A DNA stretch of 33,481 nt, from NCBI GenBank assembly GCA_031365305.1, contig JANLXV010000011.1, positions 1 through 33,481 on the forward strand, in the 5' to 3' direction. Origin of the DNA: Chitinophagaceae bacterium (GTDB lineage Bacteria; Bacteroidota; Bacteroidia; Chitinophagales; Chitinophagaceae). The translations under genes and the position numbers were made by a program. Within the stretch, counting starts at the first letter, position 1, and the number at the start of each line of letters is the position of its first letter. A model generated the notes under the pieces. That model was not told the origin of the DNA, made no database searches, and worked only from the letters and a program-made list of their open reading frames with translations. Shown piece after piece: positions 8,819 through 18,900 of this stretch.

Positions 8819-9542
8819 TTTTCACCATAAATACTTTTTCAAAATTGTATTTAATTCTTTCTTTTACATCGTCAACATCCACACTACCTTCCAGTTCTTT
8901 TTGCATTGATGTAACCTGTTTATCAACAATGCCGCATGGGATAATATTATTAAAATAAGACAGATCAGTGTTTACATTTAAGGCAAAGCCATGCATGGTA
9001 ATCCACCGGCTGCATCTTATACCCATGGCACAAATTTTTCGCTCCCGGCCTTTAATACCAGGCTCAATCCAAACGCCTGTTTCCCCGGCACTCCTGCCGC
9101 CTTTTATATCAAATTCGGCCAGTGTTAAAATAATCACTTCTTCCAGTTCTCTTAAATATTTGCCAATGTCAGTATAAAATTTTTCGAGGTCTAATATGGG
9201 GTAACCAACAATTTGTTCTAAGCCATGAAAAGTAATATCACCGCCACGATTCGTCTTGAAAAATTCAATGTCCTGGTCATTCATTTGCCGTTCGCTCAAC
9301 AGCACATTGCTCATTTTTCCACTTTTGCCCAGCGTATAAACAGGCGGATGTTCGCAAAATAAAAGGTGATGCGTCGTCTCAAGATCAAGAACAACATCAG
9401 ATGAAATCGTTTCAGAAGAGGCTTGATTTTTTTGTCTTGCTGCGGCCTTAATTCCGGTATTCTGTTTAACAAGCTCTTCCTGGTAATCCCAGGCAGATTT
9501 ATAATCAATCCTACCTAAATCTTTATAAAAAACCTTTTGCAT
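8811..9542 (-). CDS. lipB: Lipoyl(octanoyl) transferase
   Basis: EHPPVYTLG, RGGDITFHG, KICAMG, HGFALN, IIPCGI. Confidence 0.95.
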   Translation of the reverse strand: MQKVFYKDLGRIDYKSAWDYQEELVKQNTGIKAAARQKNQASSETISSDVVLDLETTHHLLFCEHPPVYTLGKSGKMSNVLLSERQMNDQDIEFFKTNRGGDITFHGLEQIVGYPILDLEKFYTDIGKYLRELEEVIILTLAEFDIKGGRSAGETGVWIEPGIKGRERKICAMGIRCSRWITMHGFALNVNTDLSYFNNIIPCGIVDKQVTSMQKELEGSVDVDDVKERIKYNFEKVFMVKII

Positions 9543-9608
9543 CAGTTAAAAATAATCTGCAAAATTATTCTGAAAACGGTTATTGCCGGCTAATTTTTAT
9601 TTTTGATG

Positions 9609-10664
9609 ATGGCTGAAGTTATGGTTGAAGAAGATTTGCATGAAGGTGAAGAATTATATGAGCGCCTTACAATTATAATTGATAAGGGCCAGGAGCCTTA
9701 CCGCATTGATAAGTTTTTAATGAACCGGATTGAAGGAGCAACACGTAATAAAATTCAGCAATCTATTATTGCAGGAAAAGTGTTGGTGAATGAAAAAACT
9801 GTAAAGCCTAATTTCAAAATAAAAGCTTTTGATAGGATCGTTATTTACCAGGATTATTTACCGGAAGAGACCGACATTGTTCCTGAAAATATTCCCTTAA
9901 ACATTGTGTTTGAAGATGATGATATTTTAATTATTAATAAACCCGCCGGGCTTGTAGTACATCCCGGCAGCGGCAATCGTGGCGGTACTTTGGTAAATGG
10001 TGTTGCCTGGTATTTAAAACAAAAAGACCCGACAATTACAGAAGACTCATTGTCCCGTTTCGGCCTTGTTCACAGGATTGATAAAAATACAACAGGTCTT
10101 TTAGTAATGGCAAAAAACAGTGCAAGCATGACGCATCTTGCCAAACAGTTTTTTAACCACACCGTTCACAGAAGATATGTCGCCCTGGTTTGGGGCAACT
10201 TTGTTGAAGAAGAAGGTACGGTTGATGCACATGTTGGGCGCCACCAAAGATTCAGGAAATTATTTACGACTTACCCCGAAGGAGATTATGGCAAAAATGC
10301 GATAACCCATTATAAAATTTTGGAAAGGTTTAATTATGTAACGCTGGTAGAATGCAGGCTGGAAACGGGACGCACACACCAGATCAGGGTGCACATGCAA
10401 CAGATTGGTCACCCATTATTTAATGATGAAACCTACGGCGGCGACAGGATTGTAAAAGGCACAGTATTTTCAAAGTATAAACAATTTGTAGATAATTGTT
10501 TTGCCATTTGCCCCAGACATGCACTTCATGCGCAGGAGCTTGGCTTTATTCACCCAAAATCGGGTGAGGCATTATTATTTAAAAGTGAATTACCTGGTGA
10601 CATAACGCAGGTGATTGAAAAATGGCGAAAATATAATTCATCAAGAGTTGATGACATCAATTAG
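9609..10664 (+). CDS. rluD: RluA/RluD-family 23S rRNA pseudouridine synthase with S4 domain
   Basis: S4 domain RIDKFL, NKPAGLVVHP, HRIDKNTTG (catalytic Asp), GRTHQIRVH, LHA. Exact start uncertain (9606, 9609 or 9621). Confidence 0.92.
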   Translation: MAEVMVEEDLHEGEELYERLTIIIDKGQEPYRIDKFLMNRIEGATRNKIQQSIIAGKVLVNEKTVKPNFKIKAFDRIVIYQDYLPEETDIVPENIPLNIVFEDDDILIINKPAGLVVHPGSGNRGGTLVNGVAWYLKQKDPTITEDSLSRFGLVHRIDKNTTGLLVMAKNSASMTHLAKQFFNHTVHRRYVALVWGNFVEEEGTVDAHVGRHQRFRKLFTTYPEGDYGKNAITHYKILERFNYVTLVECRLETGRTHQIRVHMQQIGHPLFNDETYGGDRIVKGTVFSKYKQFVDNCFAICPRHALHAQELGFIHPKSGEALLFKSELPGDITQVIEKWRKYNSSRVDDIN

Positions 10665-11586
10665 TTTGGTGCTTAAAGTCATACAGGGTAGCGGTGAAGA
10701 TGCCCCGTTCTCTTTTCTTTGTAACGGCCTTCCAGTTACCAACATACCTGATCACACTTGGCACAAGATACTCGCCAGCCTTTGTCATTTCCACCTGCAT
10801 CCTTACCTGGAAATCGTAGATGCCAGCTACATAACTTAGCTCATAATTTCTCGCAATTATTTCGAAAGTTTTTTCGTTAAACCAGGTTGTCATTTCATCA
10901 ACTACTACACCTCCTTTAATGGCTTTCATCTTAAAAACATAACAGCCCTGGCCATTATGTTCTTCAATGTCTATACTCATATCATATTTATCAGCCATGT
11001 TCTTATCAAAAATGGCGGTTTTATTGGAGATGAACGGCAGGCCTTCGATCTTTCTGCCCGGGTTAAAAAATAATATCTTTAATTGCTCTTTGTGCTTAGC
11101 CATGCCACTCAAATCATTTGTGGCAAATGCCCGGCCTTTTACAATATTAGTTTCACCGCAAATTGTATCCTTTGTGAAAAATAAGCCACCATACAGTTCC
11201 CCGGTATAATAATTAAAATGATGGTTTTCATCATAGATATCGCCAGTTGTATTTTCTTTTAATACAATCATACTTCGGCAATTGTGTTCTCTTACCTGCT
11301 GAATAGTGCTATTTAAAGAGGCTTTAATATTACCTTTTTTATCAAGCATTCTTATATCGTTTTGTGCAGAGTAATTAAGGATTCGCAGTGTTTTGAACGC
11401 CTTGTAAAACGTAGTATCGTTCTTAACTCTTTCTATAAAAGCGGCCACGTTAAGTTTGTTGCTGATGACTACTTCAGATAAGGTGATCAGTTTACCATCT
11501 ACTTTAATAACAGTGTCAGTTGATTCCTGTGAATACCCTGCAAAAGGCACTATAAGCAGCAGAAAGGTTTTTAGTAATTGCAACAT
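10657..11586 (-). CDS. Hypothetical exported protein
   Basis: 309-aa ORF with signal peptide (…FAGYSQ); no recognisable catalytic motif. Confidence 0.7.
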   Translation of the reverse strand: MLQLLKTFLLLIVPFAGYSQESTDTVIKVDGKLITLSEVVISNKLNVAAFIERVKNDTTFYKAFKTLRILNYSAQNDIRMLDKKGNIKASLNSTIQQVREHNCRSMIVLKENTTGDIYDENHHFNYYTGELYGGLFFTKDTICGETNIVKGRAFATNDLSGMAKHKEQLKILFFNPGRKIEGLPFISNKTAIFDKNMADKYDMSIDIEEHNGQGCYVFKMKAIKGGVVVDEMTTWFNEKTFEIIARNYELSYVAGIYDFQVRMQVEMTKAGEYLVPSVIRYVGNWKAVTKKRERGIFTATLYDFKHQTN

Positions 11587-11616
11587 TTTTAAGAAGAGGG
11601 TTCTTTAACGAAACCG

Positions 11617-12195
11617 CTATTTATGGAAGGTCATCTTATAATCTACATTGATGTTGCCTTTGGTAATATCATCAAGCTTGCGCTTAAGTAATTTTCTTTT
11701 TAAAGGTTTCATGTAATCAATAAATAATTTACCCTCAATGTGATCATACTCGTGCAGAATGATGCGGGCCGTAATACCAGTGAATGTTTTATGATGAGGC
11801 TGAAAAAATTCATCAACATATCTTATGGTAACCTGTTCGCTTCTAAACACATCTTCTCTTATTTTTGGAATGCTGAGGCAGCCTTCATTATAAGCCCATT
11901 CATCACCATTTAAAGCAGTTATTCCAGCATTTAGAAAAACGCCTTTGTAACCCTTATCGCCCGGATAGTCTGCTCTTTCTTCTTCATTAAGTGTATCCAA
12001 TATTTGAATGCTGTCAATAATAAACAGCCGGATATCACGATTAATTTGCGGCGCAGCCAGGCCTACGCCTTTGCTGTTATACATGGTCTCCCACATATCA
12101 GCAATTACCTGGGTCAACCCTTCATAATCAGGCGTAACGTCTTTACTTATTTTTCTTAACACCGGAGAACCGTAAGCTACGATCGGCAGAATCAT
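11617..12195 (-). CDS. def: Peptide deformylase
   Basis: GVGLAAPQ, EGCLS, HEYDH. Confidence 0.96.
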   Translation of the reverse strand: MILPIVAYGSPVLRKISKDVTPDYEGLTQVIADMWETMYNSKGVGLAAPQINRDIRLFIIDSIQILDTLNEEERADYPGDKGYKGVFLNAGITALNGDEWAYNEGCLSIPKIREDVFRSEQVTIRYVDEFFQPHHKTFTGITARIILHEYDHIEGKLFIDYMKPLKRKLLKRKLDDITKGNINVDYKMTFHK

Positions 12196-12242
12196 TCTAA
12201 TAATTTGAGTGCGAAATTAAGCCTGCAATATAAAAAGCTTTA

Positions 12243-12656
12243 TTAAATACTTCCTCTTATGTAATCCTGCAGCATTATCGTTGCAGATATTTCATCCACA
12301 TTTTTTTTCACCTGCCTGTCCTTCTTTTTCATGCCCATATCCAGCATGGCCTGTTTAGCCAGCTTAGAGGTAAAGCGTTCATCAACTGTTTTTACAAGAA
12401 GTGCTGGAAATTCTTTTTTTAGAAGTGGTATAAATTTTTGAACTAGCGAAGTACCATGAGTTGCAGAGCCATCAAGATTGATAGGTAAGCCAATTATTAA
12501 AAGCTCTACATCTTCAGATGAAAAATATTTTTTAAGAAATGGCATAAGATCTTTGGTGGCTACTGCTGTAAGGCCCTGTGCAATAATTTTTAATGGATCG
12601 GTAACGGCTATGCCTGTGCGTTTTAAACCGTAATCGAGAGCCATTATTCTTGCCAT
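12243..12656 (-). CDS. ruvX: YqgF/RuvX pre-16S rRNA nuclease
   Basis: ALDYGLKRTGIA, IIGLP, DERFTS, DEISA. Confidence 0.93.
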   Translation of the reverse strand: MARIMALDYGLKRTGIAVTDPLKIIAQGLTAVATKDLMPFLKKYFSSEDVELLIIGLPINLDGSATHGTSLVQKFIPLLKKEFPALLVKTVDERFTSKLAKQAMLDMGMKKKDRQVKKNVDEISATIMLQDYIRGSI

Positions 12657-12658
12657 AA

Positions 12659-13534
12659 TTATTTATCTACCATAAAAAGATCAATAATTACCAATACACA
12701 AAATACCACCGACGCTATACCATTGGCGGTAAAAAATGCCAGGTTTATTTTTCGAAGATCGCCAGGCTTTACAAGAAGATGCTGGTAAATTAAAAACCCG
12801 GCAAAGGCGATTACACCTACCCAATACAACCAGCCAAATTGCGCCTGGAAACCTGCATAAATTAAACAGGCAACAGACAAGAAATGCAGGAATTCACTCA
12901 CACGTAAAGCCGTTGAAGTGCCAAGCCATTGCGGCATTGATCGCAGTCTGTGCGCTTTATCAAATGCTTCATCCTGCAAAGCATAAATAATATCGAAGCC
13001 GCTTACCCAAAATAAAACAGTAAACGAAATCATAACCGGAAGAATATTGAAATGCCCTGCCACGGCCAGGTAAGCGCCAATAGGTGCCAGGCTTAACCCG
13101 ACCCCTAAAACCAAATGGCACAGTGGTGTGAAGCGCTTGGTATAACTGTAAAGCAGTATCACAAATAATGCAACCGGGGATAATAAAAAACAAATGGTAT
13201 TTATAAAAAAGGTTGTAATTAAAAAGGCGGCTGAATTAAATAAGACAAAAGTCAGGGCATTGCTTTTTGAAATAATACCTGCGGGGATTTCACGCACTGC
13301 AGTCCTTGGGTTCAGCGCATCAAACTTTCCATCAATAAGCCGGTTAAAGGCCATGGCAGCGCTTCTTGCAAAGATCATACATAATATGACCAGCAAAAAT
13401 ATCAGCCAGAATGGTTTGTGGTAACCTGTGTCATCAAACTTTACACCTAATGAAAAACCTAACAATGCAAAGGGCATTGCAAAAATGGTGTGACTGAATT
13501 TTACGAGAGATAAATAATTTTTAATTTTCAACAC
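12659..13534 (-). CDS. UbiA-like polyprenyltransferase
   Basis: AAMAFNRLID..FDALNPRT..REIPAG, YSYTKRF, FDIIYALQD..FD, multiple TM helices. Start estimated at GTG 13534 or TTG 13531. Confidence 0.88.
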   Translation of the reverse strand: MLKIKNYLSLVKFSHTIFAMPFALLGFSLGVKFDDTGYHKPFWLIFLLVILCMIFARSAAMAFNRLIDGKFDALNPRTAVREIPAGIISKSNALTFVLFNSAAFLITTFFINTICFLLSPVALFVILLYSYTKRFTPLCHLVLGVGLSLAPIGAYLAVAGHFNILPVMISFTVLFWVSGFDIIYALQDEAFDKAHRLRSMPQWLGTSTALRVSEFLHFLSVACLIYAGFQAQFGWLYWVGVIAFAGFLIYQHLLVKPGDLRKINLAFFTANGIASVVFCVLVIIDLFMVDK

Positions 13535-14090
13535 CGCTGCTTTTAACCATGTTAATTTTTGTTCTAACCAGCTCCCATAAAACAATTCCTGCTGCAACAG
13601 ATATATTTAAAGAATGCTTCATGCCTAACTGGGGAATTTCGATGCAGCCATCACATTGCAAAATGGTTGATTGTTCCACACCACTTACTTCATTACCAAA
13701 TATAAAAGCCTGTCCCGCATTGTTCAAATTTTTAACTTGTTGAAGGGGTATACTGTTATCCACCTGCTCAATAGCAAATATTTTATAATTCTTCTGTTTT
13801 AAGTGAGCAATAGCTTCTGATGTTGTTGAGAAATATTGCCAGCTAACCGTATCTGTGGCACCTAAAGCAGTTTTACCTATTTCCTTACGTGGAGGCTGGG
13901 CCGTATAACCACAGATATAAATAGCTTCAATTAAAAAAGCATCTGCACTTCTGAAAACACTGCCTACATTATGCATGCTTCTAATGTTTTCCAACACTAC
14001 AATTACTGGAAACTTTTCAGATTGTTTGAACTCAGTGACGGTTTTGCGGTTAAGCTCTGCCATCGCCAATTTACGTGTACCATTATCCAT
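13521..14090 (-). CDS. TrmH/SpoU-family RNA methyltransferase
   Basis: NIRSMHNVGSVFRSAD, FGNEVSG, IPQLGMKHSLNISVA. Start at ATG 14090 is supported by TATTTTTG (minus) at 14099-14106. Confidence 0.9.
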   Translation of the reverse strand: MDNGTRKLAMAELNRKTVTEFKQSEKFPVIVVLENIRSMHNVGSVFRSADAFLIEAIYICGYTAQPPRKEIGKTALGATDTVSWQYFSTTSEAIAHLKQKNYKIFAIEQVDNSIPLQQVKNLNNAGQAFIFGNEVSGVEQSTILQCDGCIEIPQLGMKHSLNISVAAGIVLWELVRTKINMVKSSGVEN

Positions 14091-14146
14091 TGATTTTACA
14101 AAAATAACCTGTCCAGCTAATCTTTCCGCCTCAAAACTCAAAACAG

Positions 14147-14154
14147 TATTTTTG
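14147..14154 (+). promoter_or_regulatory. Putative -7 promoter element for mutS
   Basis: TATTTTTG (TAnnTTTG) ending 15 nt before ATG 14169. Confidence 0.5.
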
Positions 14155-14168
14155 CCGCTTACTACAAT

Positions 14169-16790
14169 ATGTCGAAGCAGGAAACAAAAGATACGCCTTT
14201 AATGCAGCAGCACAATGCTATTAAGGCCAGGTATCCGGATGCCATTTTACTTTTTAGAGTAGGTGATTTTTATGAAACGTTTGGCAGTGACGCTATTACC
14301 GCCAGTGGCGTTTTAGGTATTACACTTACCAAAAGAAATAACGGCTCTGCAACATCATTGGAACTTGCCGGGTTTCCGCATCATGCCTTAGATACTTACC
14401 TGCACAAACTTGTAAAGGCTGGTTACCGCGTGGCCATTTGCGATCAGCTTGAAGACCCGAAAACCGTTAAAGGCATTGTAAAACGTGGTGTAACAGAAAT
14501 GGTAACACCTGGCATTGCCACTAATGATATACTGCTTTAGCATAACCGCTATAATTTTTTATGCGCTATTCATTTTAACGATGATATGCTTGGCATTGCC
14601 TTACTCGATATTTCAACTGGTGAATTTTTTATAGCAGAAGGTGATAAGGAATATGGCGAGAAATTATTACAAAGCTTCAGCCCTGCAGAAGTCATATTTC
14701 AACGGAACCAGCAAAAGCTTTTTAAAGCCATCTTCGGCAGTAAATATTTTACTTATAATCTTGATGAATGGATTTTTGGTGAAACTTATGCAAAGGAAAG
14801 TTTGCTGAAACATTTTGATACACAAAGCCTGAAAGGTTTTGGTGTTGAGAATTTTAAAGAAGGTGTTGTAGCCGCCGGCGCCATTTTGCATTATCTAAAA
14901 GACACTGAGCATCCCAACCTGCAGCATATTACCGCCCTGCAGCGGATAGATAAAGATGATCATTTATGGATGGACAGGTTTACCATACGCAACCTGGAAT
15001 TGCTGAGCTATGGGGAAAAAGATGTCACACTTTTAAAAGTGCTGGATAACACGGTATCGCCAATGGGTGCAAGACAACTTAAGCGCTGGATACTTTTGCC
15101 GCTGACAGATATTAATAAAATTGAAGAACGCTCCGGCCTGGTTGAATCTCTTATTAAAGATGTGGATAGCAGGACTAAGCTTGTTCAGTATATTAAGCAG
15201 ACCGGTGACGTTGAACGACTGGTGAGTAAGATCCCATCAAAAAGAGTTAATCCCAGGGAAGTGCAACATTTAGCTAAAGGCCTGGCGCATGTAGCGGCTA
15301 TTAAAGAGATGTGTGTTACACATGAGAATGAGTATTTAAAAAGGATTGGCGATTCGCTTAACCCCTGCAAATACATTTATGAAAAGATCATTGCTGAAAT
15401 TCATGATACGCCCCCTGTTGCGATAAATAAAGGCGGCGCTATAAATAAAGGCGTTTCAACAGAACTTGATGAGCTAAAAGCAATTTCTAAAAATGCAAAA
15501 GACCACCTACTAAAGCTGCAGCAAAGAGAATGTGAAATTACCGGTATTACCTCTCTCAAAATAGGTTTCAATAATGTTTTTGGATACTATCTTGAAGTAA
15601 CCAATGCACATAAAGCCAGGGTGCCGGCACATTGGATGCGTAAGCAAACATTGGTAAATGGCGAAAGATATATTACGCCGGAATTAAAAGAGTTTGAGGA
15701 AAAGATCACCGGCGCTGAAGATAAAATTTTGCAGATTGAAGTTGATATTTTTGATAGGCTCGTTACAGAATTACAGGACTATATTTCGCCGATGCAGGTG
15801 AATGCTTCCGTAATGGCTACGCTGGATTGTATAGCTTGTTTTGCAAACAACGCCCTGCAGTATAAATATAAAAGGCCTTTGCTACATAATGGTAATGAAT
15901 TATCGCTAAAAGCCAGCCGTCATCCTGTTATCGAACGACATCTTCCTGCAGGCGAACCCTACATCGCTAATGATATTTTTCTTGATCCATCCACAGAGCA
16001 GATCATCATTCTTACCGGCCCAAACATGAGTGGAAAGAGCGCCATATTAAGGCAGACAGCGCTCATTACTATTATGGCGCACATCGGCAGTTTTGTGCCC
16101 GCTGAAGAAGCAAAAATTCCCTTGACTGATAAAATTTTTACAAGAGTTGGCGCCAGCGATAATATGAGCAGTGGCGAAAGCACTTTTATGGTGGAGATGA
16201 ATGAAACGGCAAGCATCATTAATAATATCACTAACCGCAGCCTTGTTTTGCTTGATGAAATAGGCCGCGGCACATCCACTTATGATGGCATTTCCATCGC
16301 CTGGAGTATTGTTGAATATTTACATAAATCACCTGCGTCGCCAAAAACATTATTTGCCACACACTATCATGAGTTGAATGAGTTGGAGAATAAATTAAGT
16401 CGTGTAAAAAACTATCATGTCTCAAACAAAGAAGTTGGAAATAAAATAATTTTCCTGCGAAAATTAGTGCCGGGCGGAAGCGTTCACAGCTTTGGTATTC
16501 ATGTGGCAAAAATGGCCGGCATGCCACCGTCGTTAATTGCCAGGGCCAATGAGATTTTAAAACATCTTGAAGCAAAAAATGTTGATGATGATTCCCCTGA
16601 AAGTTCAGGATCAAAAATAGGTTCTGCTGTAAAAAAGTTATCAACGCCACAGCTTCAACTCAGCATTTTTGATGCGCATTCACAGGCATTTGAGGATATC
16701 AGGGCAACATTAAATGCTGTTGACATCAACAGGCTTACACCGGTGGAAGCACTTTTAAAATTGCAGGAAATTAAGGAGAAAGTGAAGTAG
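14169..16790 (+). pseudogene. mutS: DNA mismatch repair protein MutS interrupted by one in-frame TAG (14538-14540); true nonsense allele or sequence error
   Basis: TPLMQQ, GDFYETF (mismatch-binding Phe-X-Glu), Walker A GPNMSGKS, STFMVE, DEIGRGT, ATHYHEL. The two track ORFs share one frame, and the stretch between them is open apart from the TAG. Confidence 0.93.
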
Positions 16791-16850
16791 GGTAATTAAG
16801 CCAGGCCGTGTGCGGATAGAAAAATTTTTAGAGTATTACTTACAGACCGT

Positions 16851-17166
16851 TTATTTCAGTTGGAGTATTATTTTTAATTTATCGTCCAAGTCCATAAGTT
16901 CCGTAGTGGTCAGCTTTCCCAAAAGACCTTTCGATAATCTTTATCTAACGTTGCAATTTTACTTATCCTGATTAAGGATTGTTTTTTAAGGCCGTTAAAT
17001 AAAGTTGGTAAAATTTGTCCGTCTGCTCCTGCATTTGAAACTGGGTAGTGATAAAACAAACCGTGAGATCTATAACTGTCTCTGCAAGTACTACCGCCGG
17101 TCTCAATTTGTCGGCACTCAGGTCAGTGAATGGAAATGTAATAAGTACAATATCGCCTTTAGCCAT
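16851..17166 (-). pseudogene. PemK/MazF-family toxin with two frameshifts
   Basis: MAKGDIVLITFPFTDLSADKLRPAVVL... is a PemK N-terminus. It continues after a shift near 17015 as ILPTLFNGLKKQSLIRISKIATLDK, and after a shift near 16938 as LSKGLLGKLTTTELMDLDDKLKIILQLK*. Confidence 0.85.
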
Positions 17167-17389
17167 TATAAATTTCCTTTAAGTCGACTATTGAATACAC
17201 ATCTTCTTCGTTATTTAAAAAGTCAAAACTTTTACTGGTACAAATTATATTTTGAATTCCGTTTATCAATTCATGTGCTTCATAGCGCTTAAAAACAAAG
17301 TCTGCAAAGTTTGAAATTTCTTCTGCCTTATCTTCCGGAAGTTGATTAATTACTTTCAGGGTTCGCTCAATAATAATTTTCCTTTTCAT
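17159..17389 (-). CDS. Putative antitoxin (DUF2281-like) of the PemK module
   Basis: 76-aa ORF from ATG 17389 (…INQLPEDKAEEISNFADFV…FDFLNNEEDVYS), overlapping the toxin start by 8 nt. Confidence 0.7.
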   Translation of the reverse strand: MKRKIIIERTLKVINQLPEDKAEEISNFADFVFKRYEAHELINGIQNIICTSKSFDFLNNEEDVYSIVDLKEIYNG

Positions 17390-17487
17390 GCTGTTAAAAG
17401 TTATATTCAAATTTAAAGATTTTGCATTGATGTTGATATTTTGAGTATACTGATAATTAAATGATCCTTCATTTGAATTGATGAAAA

Positions 17488-18834
17488 TCAATATTTATAA
17501 ACCAAATAATCCCACGGCTTCATACTATAAACAGTTGTGCTGCCAAGCGTCTCTGACTTTGCTGAAAATACATTCTTCGCCTTGCCATATATTTCATTTT
17601 GCCTGATAGTAAAATTTTGTGGCTGGTCAGAAAGATTAAGCACCACTGTAACTTTACTACCTTCTTTCTCTCTTACATAAGCAAAAATGGCATGGTCGTT
17701 TGCGGTAATTATTTTTTTGTATGAGGCACCAGAAGCTAAGGCCGGTGTGCTTTTTCGCAGGTTCAATAATGTTTTATAAAAAGAAGCTAAAGTATAATTC
17801 TTCCATTCTATCGGATCATGCACAAAGAACTTAAGACGCTTTTTCACCGGTTCTTCCTGTCCGCTATAGATAAGCGGCACAGATTGGTAAAAGGTTTGGG
17901 TGAGCACCGCAAAAGGCATGGCAGCCTCACCATACTTTTCATACTCGGTACCGTTCCAGCTATTCTCATCATGATTAGCTGTAAAGAACAGGCGCTGGGC
18001 TTCTTTCGGAAATATTTCGATGTTATGATTTAGGACAGAATCAAAACCTGCCAGGCTTAATTTCTTATCATAAAAATCTTTCATGGCAACCATTACACTC
18101 CAGGTATATGTTTCATCAAAGCCGGCCTCATTAAGGTCAGGCTTATCTCCTTCTGCCAGCATAAAAACATTTTTTACCGCCTTTAATTCGGGAATGCATT
18201 TTTTCCAGAAAGCTGTTGGCACTTCTCCCGCAACATCACACCTAAATCCATCTATATTGGAATTAACCAGCCAGAACCTCATAGCTTCAATCATACTGTC
18301 CTGCATTTCCATATTATCAAAATTAAGTTCCCTCGTATCGGTCCAGTCCGGGTTTGGCGGAATAGCAGTGCCTGTACTGTCCTGCATAAAAAAATCGGGA
18401 TGCCTTTGCAGCCAACCATTATCTGCAGAGGTGTGATTGGCCACCCAATCTGTTATAACTTTAAAACCCATAGCATGTGCTTTGTCTACAAGATTTTTCC
18501 AGTCCTGCATGTTGCCAAATTCGGGGTTAACAGCTTTATAATCTTTCACTGAATAATAACTACCCAACTCGCTTTCAGTCATCTTTCTTCCCTTTAAGCC
18601 AATTGGTGTAATTGGCATAAACCATAGTATATCCACACCCATTTGTTTTAACCTTGACAAATGTTTTTCAAAACCTTTAAAGTTCCCTTCAGGTGAATAT
18701 TGGCGAACATTCACTTCATAAATATTGCTTTGCAGGCTCCACTGCGGATGTGGTACCTGGCTATAAGTTTTTACAACACATACAAAAACTATGATAAAAA
18801 AAGTAACCTGCTTATTGTATTTCATTAGAGACAT
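17488..18834 (-). CDS. Exported GH13 alpha-amylase family glycoside hydrolase
   Basis: DWVANHTS, GFRCDVA (nucleophile Asp), LAEG, NHDEN; signal peptide. Confidence 0.92.
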   Translation of the reverse strand: MSLMKYNKQVTFFIIVFVCVVKTYSQVPHPQWSLQSNIYEVNVRQYSPEGNFKGFEKHLSRLKQMGVDILWFMPITPIGLKGRKMTESELGSYYSVKDYKAVNPEFGNMQDWKNLVDKAHAMGFKVITDWVANHTSADNGWLQRHPDFFMQDSTGTAIPPNPDWTDTRELNFDNMEMQDSMIEAMRFWLVNSNIDGFRCDVAGEVPTAFWKKCIPELKAVKNVFMLAEGDKPDLNEAGFDETYTWSVMVAMKDFYDKKLSLAGFDSVLNHNIEIFPKEAQRLFFTANHDENSWNGTEYEKYGEAAMPFAVLTQTFYQSVPLIYSGQEEPVKKRLKFFVHDPIEWKNYTLASFYKTLLNLRKSTPALASGASYKKIITANDHAIFAYVREKEGSKVTVVLNLSDQPQNFTIRQNEIYGKAKNVFSAKSETLGSTTVYSMKPWDYLVYKY

Positions 18835-18876
18835 TTAATGTTTAAAAATAATCATAATAAAGGCCCTGTAACATTT

Positions 18877-18884
18877 TAGCTTTG
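18877..18884 (+). promoter_or_regulatory. Putative -7 promoter element for kynA
   Basis: TAGCTTTG ending 17 nt before ATG 18901. Confidence 0.5.
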
Positions 18885-18900
18885 AACCCAATTAAATATT

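Noticed and set aside
14538-14540. Genetic-code reassignment of TAG (or pyrrolysine)
   Set aside because: TAG ends several intact genes at their expected C-termini, no other gene has an internal TAG, and no pyl genes are present in the window.
15423-15453. ATAAATAAAGGCG repeated twice inside mutS
   Set aside because: In-frame coding repeat (INKGGAINKG); only two copies, not an array.
16935-17020. Programmed ribosomal frameshifting in the PemK toxin
   Set aside because: Two separate shifts would be needed, and neither site has an in-frame X_XXY_YYZ slippery heptamer.
17390-17491. N-terminal extension of the antitoxin in the ORF track (110 aa)
   Set aside because: Low-complexity Asn/Ile-rich translation of the AT-rich spacer; ATG 17389 gives a typical antitoxin size.
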